From the IMG/VR virus record IMGVR_UViG_3300021171_000006, positions 1 through 64,000 of that record: a stretch of 64,000 nucleotides of DNA; one strand, 5' to 3'. Shown piece by piece: positions 54,392 to 63,641 of this stretch; the first letter of the stretch is position 1; each line of letters begins with the position of its first letter. The position numbers were made by a program, and so were the translations under genes. A model generated the notes under the pieces. It was not told where the DNA came from and ran no database searches. It saw only the letters and a program-made list of their open reading frames with translations. Source of the stretch: a virus.

Positions 54392-54848
54392 GTGGTTTAA
54401 CTCCCTATGTGTTCGATGGAGAGGCAGGCAGAGTCCCCCCTTCCGAGGGGATCTGCGTGTTCGACGGAGCCGGCTTCGCAGTGCGCTCTTGCTCGCCCTG
54501 GTGTTTGGCGGAGGCGGTCATCCTGTACCTCGCTTACGGCTGTTCCACATACGACGGTTACGACATCCCCGGAGCCGAGCGCATCGACAGCCGGGTTGTC
54601 CGCGGATACACCATCCGCGTCTTTGGCCTGCGTTGCCGCGCGTTCGCGCCCCCAGCGGCCGTTCCCCCGAACGGTCGCATCTGCGCTCGCCAGAGCGGCT
54701 ATGCGCTCGGCGGCATCGAGTTTGTTCCTGCGAGGGGTTGCCCTTCACGCCGGGCCGCGCTATAAAACCCGCAGGAAATCGCCGGTCGCCGCCGAGCGAA
54801 GTCCAGAGGGCGGGTCGAGAGTTTACACCTCTCCCCGCCTTCGCCATT

Positions 54849-56285
54849 TCAGGGTGGCGCATCTGCCGGGCCTCTGTCAATAAGTTTTCGCCGGGCTGCA
54901 TTAATCCGCGCCTTCCGTTTTTCATACCTGACCGGATCAGCCTTGATGGTCTGGAAGTAGCGCCGCATATGTGCGGAATAGCACTGTCGGCATCTCCGTT
55001 GCCCATTCGGTAAGGGTGCGGCGTCCTCAAGCGAGTGGCCACGTTTGCAGTGCGTTTGCCGGGGCCTGCCGGGCTTGCGCTTCTCGCTCATGGCGTGGCC
55101 CAAGCCATCAGCGCGACGACCATCAGCGCGCACGCGAGGACACAGAGCCAGCCGATGACCGCCCGCGCGATGGACCTGTCGCCTGCCGCAGCCTCAGCGT
55201 AGGCCACACCCGTAGCGTCGGGCACGGCGAGGCGGTCCAGCGTCTCCATCGCCTCGTCGAACTCGGCCTCGTGCGACTCCAATTCGGTCGGCCATCGGAT
55301 TATATTATTCATCATCTTCACTTTGGCGCAACTTTAGGGCCTCAATCTCATCGGCGATGTCTCGTTCAATTTCTACCGAGTAATCGTTCGTCAGTTTGGC
55401 TAATAGAGAGCCAATCTTGATGGGGTCATCTGTGCGACATTGACGTTGCGCTTCCTCTATAAGACGCTCGCGCCATTGGCGGCAGATAGAAGCGCGAATA
55501 ATATCGGTGTTCATGGCTTCCTCCACCAAAGACCAGCCGCGTTGAACTCAGGGAGAAGATCCGCCCAACGACCAAACCACGGAGCCTGTCGATGCACGTT
55601 CTCGTCACGCGCAAACTCAACAATCTCGCTGGGATTCGGCAGATCGCCCTCAGCCACTGAGTGCCATCCCTCTGCGCGCAGTTCGGCGCCAGTCACGGCG
55701 TCACCAATACCGGCACAACCAACCCGGCCAGGATCTCTGCCTCGGTGAAGCCGCTATCCGCCCCGAAGGCTCGGGCGCGCGCTTCGAGAGCGCAGAGTTC
55801 GTCATGGAGCCGCCGCACCCCGCAGCCGTCGCCGTGGTAGACCTCAGCCAAGGCTGCGGCGAGCTCCGCGTGCCCGTGGAGCCCGGCCCGGCGCAGATGC
55901 CCGGCGGCGACAAGGCAATAATCCGAGCGCAGGAGCGATCCGTTCGCTTCGAGGCTTCGGTCAAGGGCGATGATCGCTTCGGTGAGGTGGGTCATCACTT
56001 TTCCGAGAAATCAATAATTTCCTGCGGCAATCCCCGTTTTGATTGGCCGGCGATCTGCATTTGGGTCTTGATCGTGCGCAGGATTTCACGGGATTGCGCC
56101 GCAACAGCGTCCGCCCGATTCGGGAGCATCTGTTCGGTCTTCACGTCGTTCAGTGTCTCCCATAGGATGTCTTTGAGGCTACTCGCTGTCAGCGGCCTTA
56201 TAAGAGTCGTCGCGTTTCGGCCCTTCTGAACGGCGGTCCCGCTCTTGCGCTTTGTTCCCGGTTTGGTTTTGGCGACGGATTTCAT
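54849..56285 (-). CDS. Small early ORFs (54849-55091 with THCKRGH zinc motif, 55088-55321, 55305-55514, 55511-55696, 55693-55998, 55995-56285)
   Basis: Coupled and co-oriented. Confidence 0.5.
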
Positions 56286-56730
56286 AGTTGCTGCTCCTCG
56301 TTTTAATCTCTCGGTTGAGTTCGATCGTCAGCCTCGCGGCCTCAGCAAACTCGCCGTACTGAGCATCGCGCCGTGCTTGATCGTATTTGGCTTTCTTCGC
56401 TCGATAGGCCGGCTGGCGACAATACTCCACATGCTGCGGCATCCGTGCTTTCCGGATTACCGCTGCCGCCACCGGGTCATAGGTGCGCTGGAAGTGGTCT
56501 GCCTTTTTCCGCTTAAGTAGCGCGTGATTCCGCTCACGATATTTCTTATCGTAGGTGGCCTTCTCAGCTTTCTTTTGAGCATCGGTCTTCGGCGGCTTGC
56601 GGCGCGCCAACCCTGCACAAATCTGGCCGCAATATAGCGGCGCTCCAATTCCCCGAGCGCGATTGACCGCTCCTGCTTCCCTAAAGCAGGATTTGCCGCA
56701 TTGCTGACAGGTGAATGGCAATAGGGCCAA
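56179..56730 (-). CDS. Basic zinc-finger protein
   Basis: CQQCGK...YCGQIC; GGGGAG RBS. Confidence 0.55.
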   Translation of the reverse strand: MALLPFTCQQCGKSCFREAGAVNRARGIGAPLYCGQICAGLARRKPPKTDAQKKAEKATYDKKYRERNHALLKRKKADHFQRTYDPVAAAVIRKARMPQHVEYCRQPAYRAKKAKYDQARRDAQYGEFAEAARLTIELNREIKTRSSNYEIRRQNQTGNKAQERDRRSEGPKRDDSYKAADSE

Positions 56731-56816
56731 TCTAAAATCTCCCCGCCGCCGCGATCTCTATTCCGGTGGGGACCGGCGACCGCCGGGGTGGGGCGGGAGA
56801 CGCGGCGGCGAGGGAG

Positions 56817-56844
56817 ATAATAAGCCACTTTGGTTGAATGTCAA
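56817..56844 (-). promoter_or_regulatory. Leftward early promoter
   Basis: TTGACA-N16-TATTAT; overlaps inverted repeat GGTTGA-ATG-TCAACC. Confidence 0.75.
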
Positions 56845-56853
56845 CCGGGATGC

Positions 56854-56882
56854 TTGATTTTTTCAAAGTAGCATCCTATGCT
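56854..56882 (+). promoter_or_regulatory. Rightward promoter (leaderless HTH gene)
   Basis: TTGATT-N17-TATGCT; overlaps inverted repeat GGATGCT...AGCATCC. Confidence 0.65.
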
Positions 56883-56890
56883 CCTTCCCC

Positions 56891-57181
56891 ATGAGCGATA
56901 TCGGTATGTCTCCGGGCGAGGCGATGACCTTGGCGCGGCGTCGCCTCGGTCTGCCGCAAAAGGCTATAGCGGATATCTGGGGCGTCTCGACGGCATACGT
57001 CTCGGCGGTGGAAACTGGCGACAAACGATTCCCGAGAGAGAGGGTGGCCAATCTGCCCATCGAAATCCGGCGCGAGATTGTGACGGCGCTGATCGCCGAT
57101 CACGAGCGCGCTATCGCAGAATTGCGCGAGTTGGTCGCCGAGGGCGGCCTTGAACCCGTCCAGTTGGAGGCTGGCGACTAA
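56891..57181 (+). CDS. Cro/XRE-family HTH regulator
   Basis: RRRLGLPQKAIADIWGVSTAYVSAVETG. Confidence 0.8.
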   Translation: MSDIGMSPGEAMTLARRRLGLPQKAIADIWGVSTAYVSAVETGDKRFPRERVANLPIEIRREIVTALIADHERAIAELRELVAEGGLEPVQLEAGD

Positions 57182-57192
57182 GGAGAAAACAG

Positions 57193-57576
57193 ATGGCACG
57201 CACACGCAAACGGAAAAACGGCGCGGACGCGGAATGGGGCGACGATAGCGGCGAATCTCCGCCGACCGATCACAACGCAAAAAGCCGCGCGGAGACAATT
57301 CAGCACTGCTGTCGTGAGATCACAAATCTGGAAGCCGAGCGGTCTTCGATCAGCGAGCAGGTTCGCGAGATCAAGCAGATCCGCATCAAGGGCGAACTCG
57401 GTATGAAGATTGGCGATTTTAACGCCGCCCTACGCTTATACGCGCTCGAAGGCGATGATCGCGATCAGTTCTTCGACAGGCTCCGGGAAACGTTCGAAGC
57501 CCTCGGCGTGGGAGCACAACTCGATTTCATCGATGCGTTGCGGGGCGAGGCCGAACATGCTGATCGCGGGGATTGA
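57193..57576 (+). CDS. GapR/DUF2312-like DNA-binding protein
   Basis: ITNLEAERSSISEQVREI...G....FNAALRL...ALG. Confidence 0.6.
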   Translation: MARTRKRKNGADAEWGDDSGESPPTDHNAKSRAETIQHCCREITNLEAERSSISEQVREIKQIRIKGELGMKIGDFNAALRLYALEGDDRDQFFDRLRETFEALGVGAQLDFIDALRGEAEHADRGD

Positions 57577-58099
57577 TCCCGGGCTGTCCGGCGCCATCGC
57601 TCTGCGGGATACCGACGACGGCAGCATGAGGGTGGTGGACATCCCCACCTTCTCGCTGTCGCGTAACGGCAAGAACAAGCGAGAGATCGACGCCGTAACG
57701 CTGTCGATCATGCTCGACCTGTCTATCGGACATGCCTTTGTCGAGCAGGTCGGCGCAATGCCACATCAGGGCGTCTCTGGCGTGTTCGCCTTCGGTAAAT
57801 CCTACGGCATCATCATCGGCGTTCTGGCGGCTCGTGGTGTGCCGATGACTTTCGTCAATCCTCGGGTGTGGAAGAAGTCTCTAGGTGTGCCGGCAGCAAA
57901 GGATGGTGCTCGTGCGAGGGCTTCACAATTGATGCCGTCGAGCGCGGAGTGGTGGACGCGGGTGAAAGATGACGGGCGCGCCGAGGCTGCATTGATCGCG
58001 TATTGGGGCATCCGCTCGCTCGCTGGCATTGGAAAGACGATGCCGGCCAAACTAGCCCCGCCGCACAAGCTGGGGCCGCTCTTCGCCGAGAGGTCGTGA
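57557..58099 (+). CDS. RuvC-like Holliday junction resolvase
   Basis: GIDPGLSGA; EQV; P.VWKK; DGRAEAALIA. Confidence 0.85.
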   Translation: MLIAGIDPGLSGAIALRDTDDGSMRVVDIPTFSLSRNGKNKREIDAVTLSIMLDLSIGHAFVEQVGAMPHQGVSGVFAFGKSYGIIIGVLAARGVPMTFVNPRVWKKSLGVPAAKDGARARASQLMPSSAEWWTRVKDDGRAEAALIAYWGIRSLAGIGKTMPAKLAPPHKLGPLFAERS

Positions 58100-58640
58100 T
58101 GAACTTCGCCCCCGTCACGACGAAAGCCGACCTGATGACGCTTGATCCCGACGAGATCACGGCGGGGTACATGGATGCGCAACGAGGTGATCCCGAACCC
58201 GGCGTTAACCGGGGGCGCGCCTATTGGCACGGCTGGCGGAATCGAATGATGGATCTCGGCGAGATCGAGATCGACGCAGGCCATCGCCGACTTGTTCACG
58301 AGATCGCGCCGAATGGCGTGTTCGACGACGAGGTGGTCGGGCGGCGCAGCGAGAGAGTGCGACGGTGATGCCCTACGCCGTCGGCGAGACAGTTCGCATC
58401 GACTTCCCCGCAGACGAGTGGCATGGCCGCGCGGTCGAGGTCGTGCGCGATGATCCGGCGGTCGAGGTCGGGCACGAGGACGGCACCAGCATGATCGCTC
58501 GGGTGATATTCGTCCGGGGCCCCGGTATCCCGCATGCGGTGGGTTTCCACGCCTCTCACATAGCCGGGACGGTGGAGGCTCAGCAGCGCCGGCGGTGGGA
58601 TGCTGAGGGTGACGATCGACAGGGAATGCTCGGATTATGA
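58099..58640 (+). CDS. Two hypothetical ORFs (58099-58368, 58368-58640)
   Basis: TGATG coupling. Confidence 0.55.
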
Positions 58641-58993
58641 ACTCGGGAGCCTGGAATGCCGAATCCATCGCCCGCCTTAAGGATCTGGTCGAGGCCGGAG
58701 AGGCGAGCTTTAAAGAGATCGGCCAGGAGATGGGCCTATCGAAAAACATCGTCATCGGGAAGGCGCGGCGGGAGGGGTTTGTCGGGCCTAAAACGCTCGG
58801 CCCTCGGGACGATGGTGTCCTGACCCTCACGCAGCGCTTGGACGCTCTTGATGTGTTCCCCGGACCTCGGAAGTGCGTGTTCCCGATCGGGCACCCGAGA
58901 GCGCCCAATTTCCATTTCTGCGCCGCGCGGGCGGATGAAGGGGCGCCCTACTGCCCAGAGCATCGGCGGATCGCGCTGGTGAAGGTGCTGTGA
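58637..58993 (+). CDS. gcrA: GcrA-like cell cycle regulator
   Basis: W..E.IARLK.L...S..EIG..MG.SKN.VIGKARR; CVFPIG.P..FC..PYCPEH. Confidence 0.8.
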   Translation: MNSGAWNAESIARLKDLVEAGEASFKEIGQEMGLSKNIVIGKARREGFVGPKTLGPRDDGVLTLTQRLDALDVFPGPRKCVFPIGHPRAPNFHFCAARADEGAPYCPEHRRIALVKVL

Positions 58994-59456
58994 GCGACCT
59001 TTTCGGCAACCCCGTCATCCCTGACGGCCCCGCGATGACGCCCGCCGAGCGACGACAGGCGCTCCGTAAGGAGCCGAAGCCGAACGGGTACGCCGCACCT
59101 CCGGGGAGCGGACCCGCTGGAGAGACCTGCGGATCGTGCCGCAACCATACCGTCGTCAGGTACGCCAAGACCTACCACAAGTGCGAACTGACCCGGCAGG
59201 GGTGGACAGGCGGTCGGGCGACGGACATCCTCGTGCGGTCGCCGGCGTGTAGCCAGTGGGAGGCGAAATGATCGAGGTTCGCCGCTGCCGGGTATCAGCC
59301 GATTGGACGATGCGCAAAGACGGCACGCCCGGAAGCTCCAAGACCACGCTGACCTACTGGCGCGTCCTTGTGGACGGGAGGATCGTGGACAGCTTCCTCG
59401 ACCAGAAGCGGGCAGAGGCGAGGGCGGCTGAGTTGCGCGGGGAGGATGCGGCATGA
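58990..59456 (+). CDS. Two small hypothetical ORFs (58990-59271, 59268-59456)
   Basis: GYAAPPGSGPAGETCGSC motif; coupled. Confidence 0.6.
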
Positions 59457-60205
59457 GCGTTCGCGTCGAGCATATCGGCGATGCGACTCTCTATCTCGGG
59501 GATTGCCAAGAATTGCTGCCTCGGTTCGATGGGGACGTAGCGGTCGTCGCAGATCCGCCCTATGGGATTTGGTTTCGGCATTCTGGCTGCGGCAACCAGT
59601 TCCCGGTCGATCGCGGGGGACGCAAATCGCGCGTGCCACGCTTCGCAAAAATATCAATAGTCGGTGACAAGGAGGGTTGCGATCCGGGACCGATGCTACG
59701 CTTCGAAGAGGTAATCATCTGGGGAGCCAATCACTTCGCCGACCAGCTTCCGGCATCCTCGCGCTGGCTCGTCTGGGACAAACGTGACGGAATGGCCTCA
59801 AATACCTTCTCCGACTGCGAGTTGGCGTGGTGCAAAAAGCCTGGCGCAGCGCGACTCATCCACTACCTGTGGAACGGCATTTGCCGTGCCGGCGAGAAAG
59901 AATCTCGCGTCCATCCGATGCAGAAACCGATAGAGGTCATGGCGTGGTCGATCGGATTCACCGCCGGCGACACCATTTGTGACCCCTTCATGGGCTCCGG
60001 CACAACCGGCGTCGCCGCACTGCGTCTTGGCCGCAAATTCATCGGCATCGAGATCGATGAGCGCTGGTTCGATATCGCCTGTCGCCGCATCGAGGCCGAA
60101 GCGCGACAAGGGCGGCTGGACATTCCCGAGATTGCGCAGCGCCCTCCCCCGAGGGAAGATCCGGTGCCGCCGCTCTTGGCCGCGATGGAGGGGGATGGGG
60201 AATGA
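59453..60205 (+). CDS. DNA amino-methyltransferase (beta class)
   Basis: DPPY before HP.QKP and DPFMGSGTT. Confidence 0.9.
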   Translation: MSVRVEHIGDATLYLGDCQELLPRFDGDVAVVADPPYGIWFRHSGCGNQFPVDRGGRKSRVPRFAKISIVGDKEGCDPGPMLRFEEVIIWGANHFADQLPASSRWLVWDKRDGMASNTFSDCELAWCKKPGAARLIHYLWNGICRAGEKESRVHPMQKPIEVMAWSIGFTAGDTICDPFMGSGTTGVAALRLGRKFIGIEIDERWFDIACRRIEAEARQGRLDIPEIAQRPPPREDPVPPLLAAMEGDGE

Positions 60206-60273
60206 GCAAGGGCAGCGAGGCCGTCAATGCCCTCTTGAGGGACGCCAAGGCGACACAGGCCGCAATCCCCTCA

Positions 60274-60292
60274 TATTGTGTCTTAATGGAGA
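60274..60292 (+). repeat. 19-bp repeat, copy 2 (dif-like site)
   Basis: Identical to 40364-40382. Confidence 0.7.
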
Positions 60293-60321
60293 AGCGCTGA
60301 TGCGCGGTCGCGGGTGCGCGA

Positions 60322-60573
60322 ATGAAATCTCTCAATGATCTTACGCCCGCCGCCCTACGAGCGGCCCTGACTGGCGGGACGGAGTCATGGGGCCAATGGG
60401 GTTCAGCCGATCAGCACGTTCGCTATGTTCAGCCCGCGCCCGCTACCGTCAGGCGTCGCTGTCATTGCGGATGCAAGCGGCGAGCGTCCCATAGCGGCAT
60501 GGCGAATGGTGTCTGCCTCACAATGGGATGCGAATTATCCATGAGGCGATGGGTCGCCGATCCTCACCGTTAA
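60322..60573 (+). CDS. Small Cys-rich accessory protein
   Basis: RRRCHCGC.RRASH.GMANGVCL..GCEL. Confidence 0.6.
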   Translation: MKSLNDLTPAALRAALTGGTESWGQWGSADQHVRYVQPAPATVRRRCHCGCKRRASHSGMANGVCLTMGCELSMRRWVADPHR

Positions 60574-60658
60574 CAAGTAATTGTAAGGGGAATCCATGCG
60601 CGGCTTGCCGGAGTGAGCCGGTGCCCGAGTTCTTCCTACCCATTGATGGGAATAAGCG

Positions 60659-61438
60659 ATGAGCGACACGGTTCTGAGGCTAGCCGATCACCGACCGAAG
60701 CCCGAAAACGAGCCGCCAGCATGGGAATACCTGCCGTGCGCGCTGATCGTCGTTCATGGCATCGCGTGGGAGGAGTGGGTCTCGCTTTGGAACACGGTCG
60801 AGCAGCTGGACAAAAGCTCGAAATGGTACGTCGGCGACGCTCTCCTTGCGGGCCAGCGGGAGTTCAACGAGCGATTCTCCCAGGTGGTTGATGCGCAATA
60901 TATCCACCAGCAACGCGGGGCGCTGTGGGTATCGAGCCGCATTCCGCCGGCCGAACGTCGCGAAGGGTTGAGTTGGTCCGTCCACCGAGAGGCTGCAAGT
61001 CTCTCCCCGGCCCGGCGGAAGAAGATGCTCGACCTGGCCGAAGCAAACGGCTGGGGCTCGAAGGAGGTCATCGAGGAGATCAACCGGCGCTACCCCGATG
61101 CCCGGCAGAAGCACGCCCCACGGAAGCAGAGTGAAATGTTCCAGGTGGAACAATCCGAGTTAGATGCGGGATCAACCGATAAGCCGCGCCATGTTCATGT
61201 GCTGGATGAAGTGAGCGATCGCGACCCGATGACCCTGGACGAGGCGGTGGACCTTCTCACCAATTTGCCCGTGGGGGCCTTGCCGGACAACATCACGGAA
61301 GCGATTGCGCTGGTGCTGGACGAGCGGGCGAAGCTGCTCCGGGTGCTCGCGGTGGCGCGGGAGACCGTGTTGCAATACCACCTGCCCGACTTGGCTGCGG
61401 CGGTCGAGGCGCTGGAAACCCCTCATATCGTAACTTAA
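60659..61438 (+). CDS. LmbU-like DNA-binding protein
   Basis: WYVGD...RREGLSWSVHRE.A...L..A....W. Confidence 0.55.
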   Translation: MSDTVLRLADHRPKPENEPPAWEYLPCALIVVHGIAWEEWVSLWNTVEQLDKSSKWYVGDALLAGQREFNERFSQVVDAQYIHQQRGALWVSSRIPPAERREGLSWSVHREAASLSPARRKKMLDLAEANGWGSKEVIEEINRRYPDARQKHAPRKQSEMFQVEQSELDAGSTDKPRHVHVLDEVSDRDPMTLDEAVDLLTNLPVGALPDNITEAIALVLDERAKLLRVLAVARETVLQYHLPDLAAAVEALETPHIVT

Positions 61439-61453
61439 ACGGAACCCATCCTC

Positions 61454-61864
61454 ATGCTGTGTCCAAAATGCGGCGCGCCAGTTTATCCCTCAGCACCCGA
61501 TGGTGATTTCCGTTATCGGCCGCCTCCGGCACGCAAGATTACAGGAAAGACAAGCGATGGCTACCATACGTTCGATGAACTGTACGAGCATCGGCACGCC
61601 CTGTTCATAACCCTTTGCCGCACCGTCGCGCGCGAACTATCAGATGAGCGTGTTGTCCGATCCCAACATCACTACGATGGAACCATGATCAACGGGTGGT
61701 TCATTCTTATGATCGATGGTGATCGAAGAGGCGAGCAGATTTCCTATCATCTGCCTCTGCGTCTTTGGGACCAAACGAATTTCGCAAATACGCTTGATCG
61801 AGCACCTGATTGGGATGGGCATTTGTCACAAGATGTGCTCGCGCGTCTTGCGGTTCTCCGTTAA
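61454..61864 (+). CDS. WDGH-motif phage protein
   Basis: SDGYHTFDELYEHR...ISYHLP...WDGH. Confidence 0.7.
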   Translation: MLCPKCGAPVYPSAPDGDFRYRPPPARKITGKTSDGYHTFDELYEHRHALFITLCRTVARELSDERVVRSQHHYDGTMINGWFILMIDGDRRGEQISYHLPLRLWDQTNFANTLDRAPDWDGHLSQDVLARLAVLR

Positions 61865-62020
61865 GCAAGGCAGGACGGCTTGTGGCGCAGGGGAAGAAGC
61901 ACGGCATTATCCACCCGGCGAGCGAATGATGAAACCTCATCCAGATTGGCAACTTGACCCACTTAAGGGCATGTGGTGGGCCACGCTTTTCTTCCGCGTA
62001 TGGTTTTGGGTCGACCGGAG

Positions 62021-62200
62021 ATGATGGACGATCACTTCATTCTCAGTGCGGCGCGCAATCACCTTGCCGATGCGCTCAAAGCGTTGTTGGTTGCGGACAC
62101 CATGACAGAGAGAGACTTCCGTGCCGCTCGGTGGTCTGCGCGAGAAGCAATCGAGAAACTTGATGTTCTGCTACGCGAGTCGGACGGGCACCGGACGTAA
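62021..62200 (+). CDS. Small hypothetical protein
   Basis: GGAG RBS. Confidence 0.4.
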   Translation: MMDDHFILSAARNHLADALKALLVADTMTERDFRAARWSAREAIEKLDVLLRESDGHRT

Positions 62201-62846
62201 CTTGGCCGCGCTTCGGGCGCACGGCTGGGGTCTTCTGGTCTCTCGGGCCGGTGTCTGGCGCACTGAGGGCTTTGAGCGGTGGGGTTCCGACAATGGCGCG
62301 TGGGCAGATTTCCAGGCTGGACGCAGTTTTGATGAGGATGCTTACGAGCACTTTCTCGATTGGGTTGGCGCTCAACCGGTTCATCCTGATTGGATCGTGC
62401 TCCCTGATATTGTGGCAGGCGGTCTTCCGTCGCTGAGGCTGTCGATGCGCTACCTCAACCGGTGTTTGTCGCTGGCGCCGCTTGTGCTGATCGCTGTCCA
62501 GGACGGCATGGAGACGACCGATCTCGCGGCCTTAGTTGGGACCGCCGTCGGGGTCTTCCTCGGCGGCTCGACGGAATGGAAGTTGGCGACGATGCGCGCC
62601 TGGGGCGAGTTCTGCGCCGAGCGCGGCATCCACTACCACGTCGCTCGCGTCAACAGCACCAAACGGATGAACCTCGCGGCTAGCTGTGGGACTCAATCGG
62701 TCGATGGCTCCTCGGTCAGCCGCTACGCCGTGACCTGCCCGAAACTGACTTCGGCATCGCGACAAGCCGATCTTTGGTCGCCGCGCCGCGTCGTCGACAA
62801 CGGCATTGTCCACCCGCCGCTACAAAGCGATGGAGCCGAAACTTAA
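62163..62846 (+). CDS. TGT/DpdA-fold-like protein
   Basis: DNGAW, PDIV, VQDG, FLGGSTEWK, H..RVN, SVDGS. Confidence 0.55.
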   Translation: MFCYASRTGTGRNLAALRAHGWGLLVSRAGVWRTEGFERWGSDNGAWADFQAGRSFDEDAYEHFLDWVGAQPVHPDWIVLPDIVAGGLPSLRLSMRYLNRCLSLAPLVLIAVQDGMETTDLAALVGTAVGVFLGGSTEWKLATMRAWGEFCAERGIHYHVARVNSTKRMNLAASCGTQSVDGSSVSRYAVTCPKLTSASRQADLWSPRRVVDNGIVHPPLQSDGAET

Positions 62847-63048
62847 TCTTTTACGTGAAGGGGAAAGCCGCTGGCCCGTCATGCCTCTGCAGCAAGGGGT
62901 CTTGACGATGCGGCGGCGGCGGGAGCACGATGCGTCTCCCGAACGAAGTCACCCGGCCGCGAGGGCCAGGTGCTGCTTCTAGGGGATCGAGGGGCCAAAG
63001 CCGCGTGGGGTCGGCAGAGGCCGGGACACAACGAAGGACGAGTTCGTT

Positions 63049-63408
63049 ATGCCAGACACCGAAGTAACCTTTCCCGATCAAAAAATCAAGTCGCATCATC
63101 ATCTGCGCCACGACTTCGATTGGGCGTCTCGCCCCGAGCCGTGGAATTGGATCGGGCCGCAGTTCCGCGCCGAGTGCGAGAGGATCGGGCCGCGCGTCGA
63201 GATCAAGGCTCCGCCCCGGTGGAAGGAGATCAAGCGGCGGCGCGAGGCCTTGGGCATGTCGCAACTCGATTTGGCTCGGGAAGCGAAGTGTCGCCAGCCC
63301 GTATTGTCCAATATCGAATTGAACAGAGGCGGCAATCCCTCTGCAGCGGCGGCTACGGTTCGCGTCCTCTCGGCTCTCGACCGGATCGAGAAGGAGCCAA
63401 CACCGTGA
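63049..63408 (+). CDS. XRE-family HTH protein
   Basis: RREALGMSQLDLAREAKCRQPVLSNIE. Confidence 0.7.
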   Translation: MPDTEVTFPDQKIKSHHHLRHDFDWASRPEPWNWIGPQFRAECERIGPRVEIKAPPRWKEIKRRREALGMSQLDLAREAKCRQPVLSNIELNRGGNPSAAAATVRVLSALDRIEKEPTP

Positions 63409-63641
63409 GCGCCTGGGTCTCTGCCGCCGATGAGGCAAAGCGTAGGCTGACCCCCCGGCCAGGAGCCTCGCCTTTGGTCGAGCCGGAAAGCACCGTCGAT
63501 GAGGTATTCGCTGTGCTCGCCGAACCCGATGGCGACATGATCCGCGCAGGCATGCGGGCTCTCGCAGACGAAGGGCGCCAGGCTACGGCCCGACAAATTG
63601 TCCTTGCCGTTTGGGAAGCAATGCTGAGGGCCGCGTCGTGA
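63405..63641 (+). CDS. REPTE-like small protein
   Basis: EPDGDMIRAG...VWEAMLRAA. Confidence 0.5.
   Translation: MSAWVSAADEAKRRLTPRPGASPLVEPESTVDEVFAVLAEPDGDMIRAGMRALADEGRQATARQIVLAVWEAMLRAAS

Noticed and set aside
40772-61867. Integron attC sites at the CCGTTAA gene ends
   Set aside because: No RYYYAAC...GTTRRRY palindromes of attC length and no IntI gene. A dif-like or transcription-factor site fits better.
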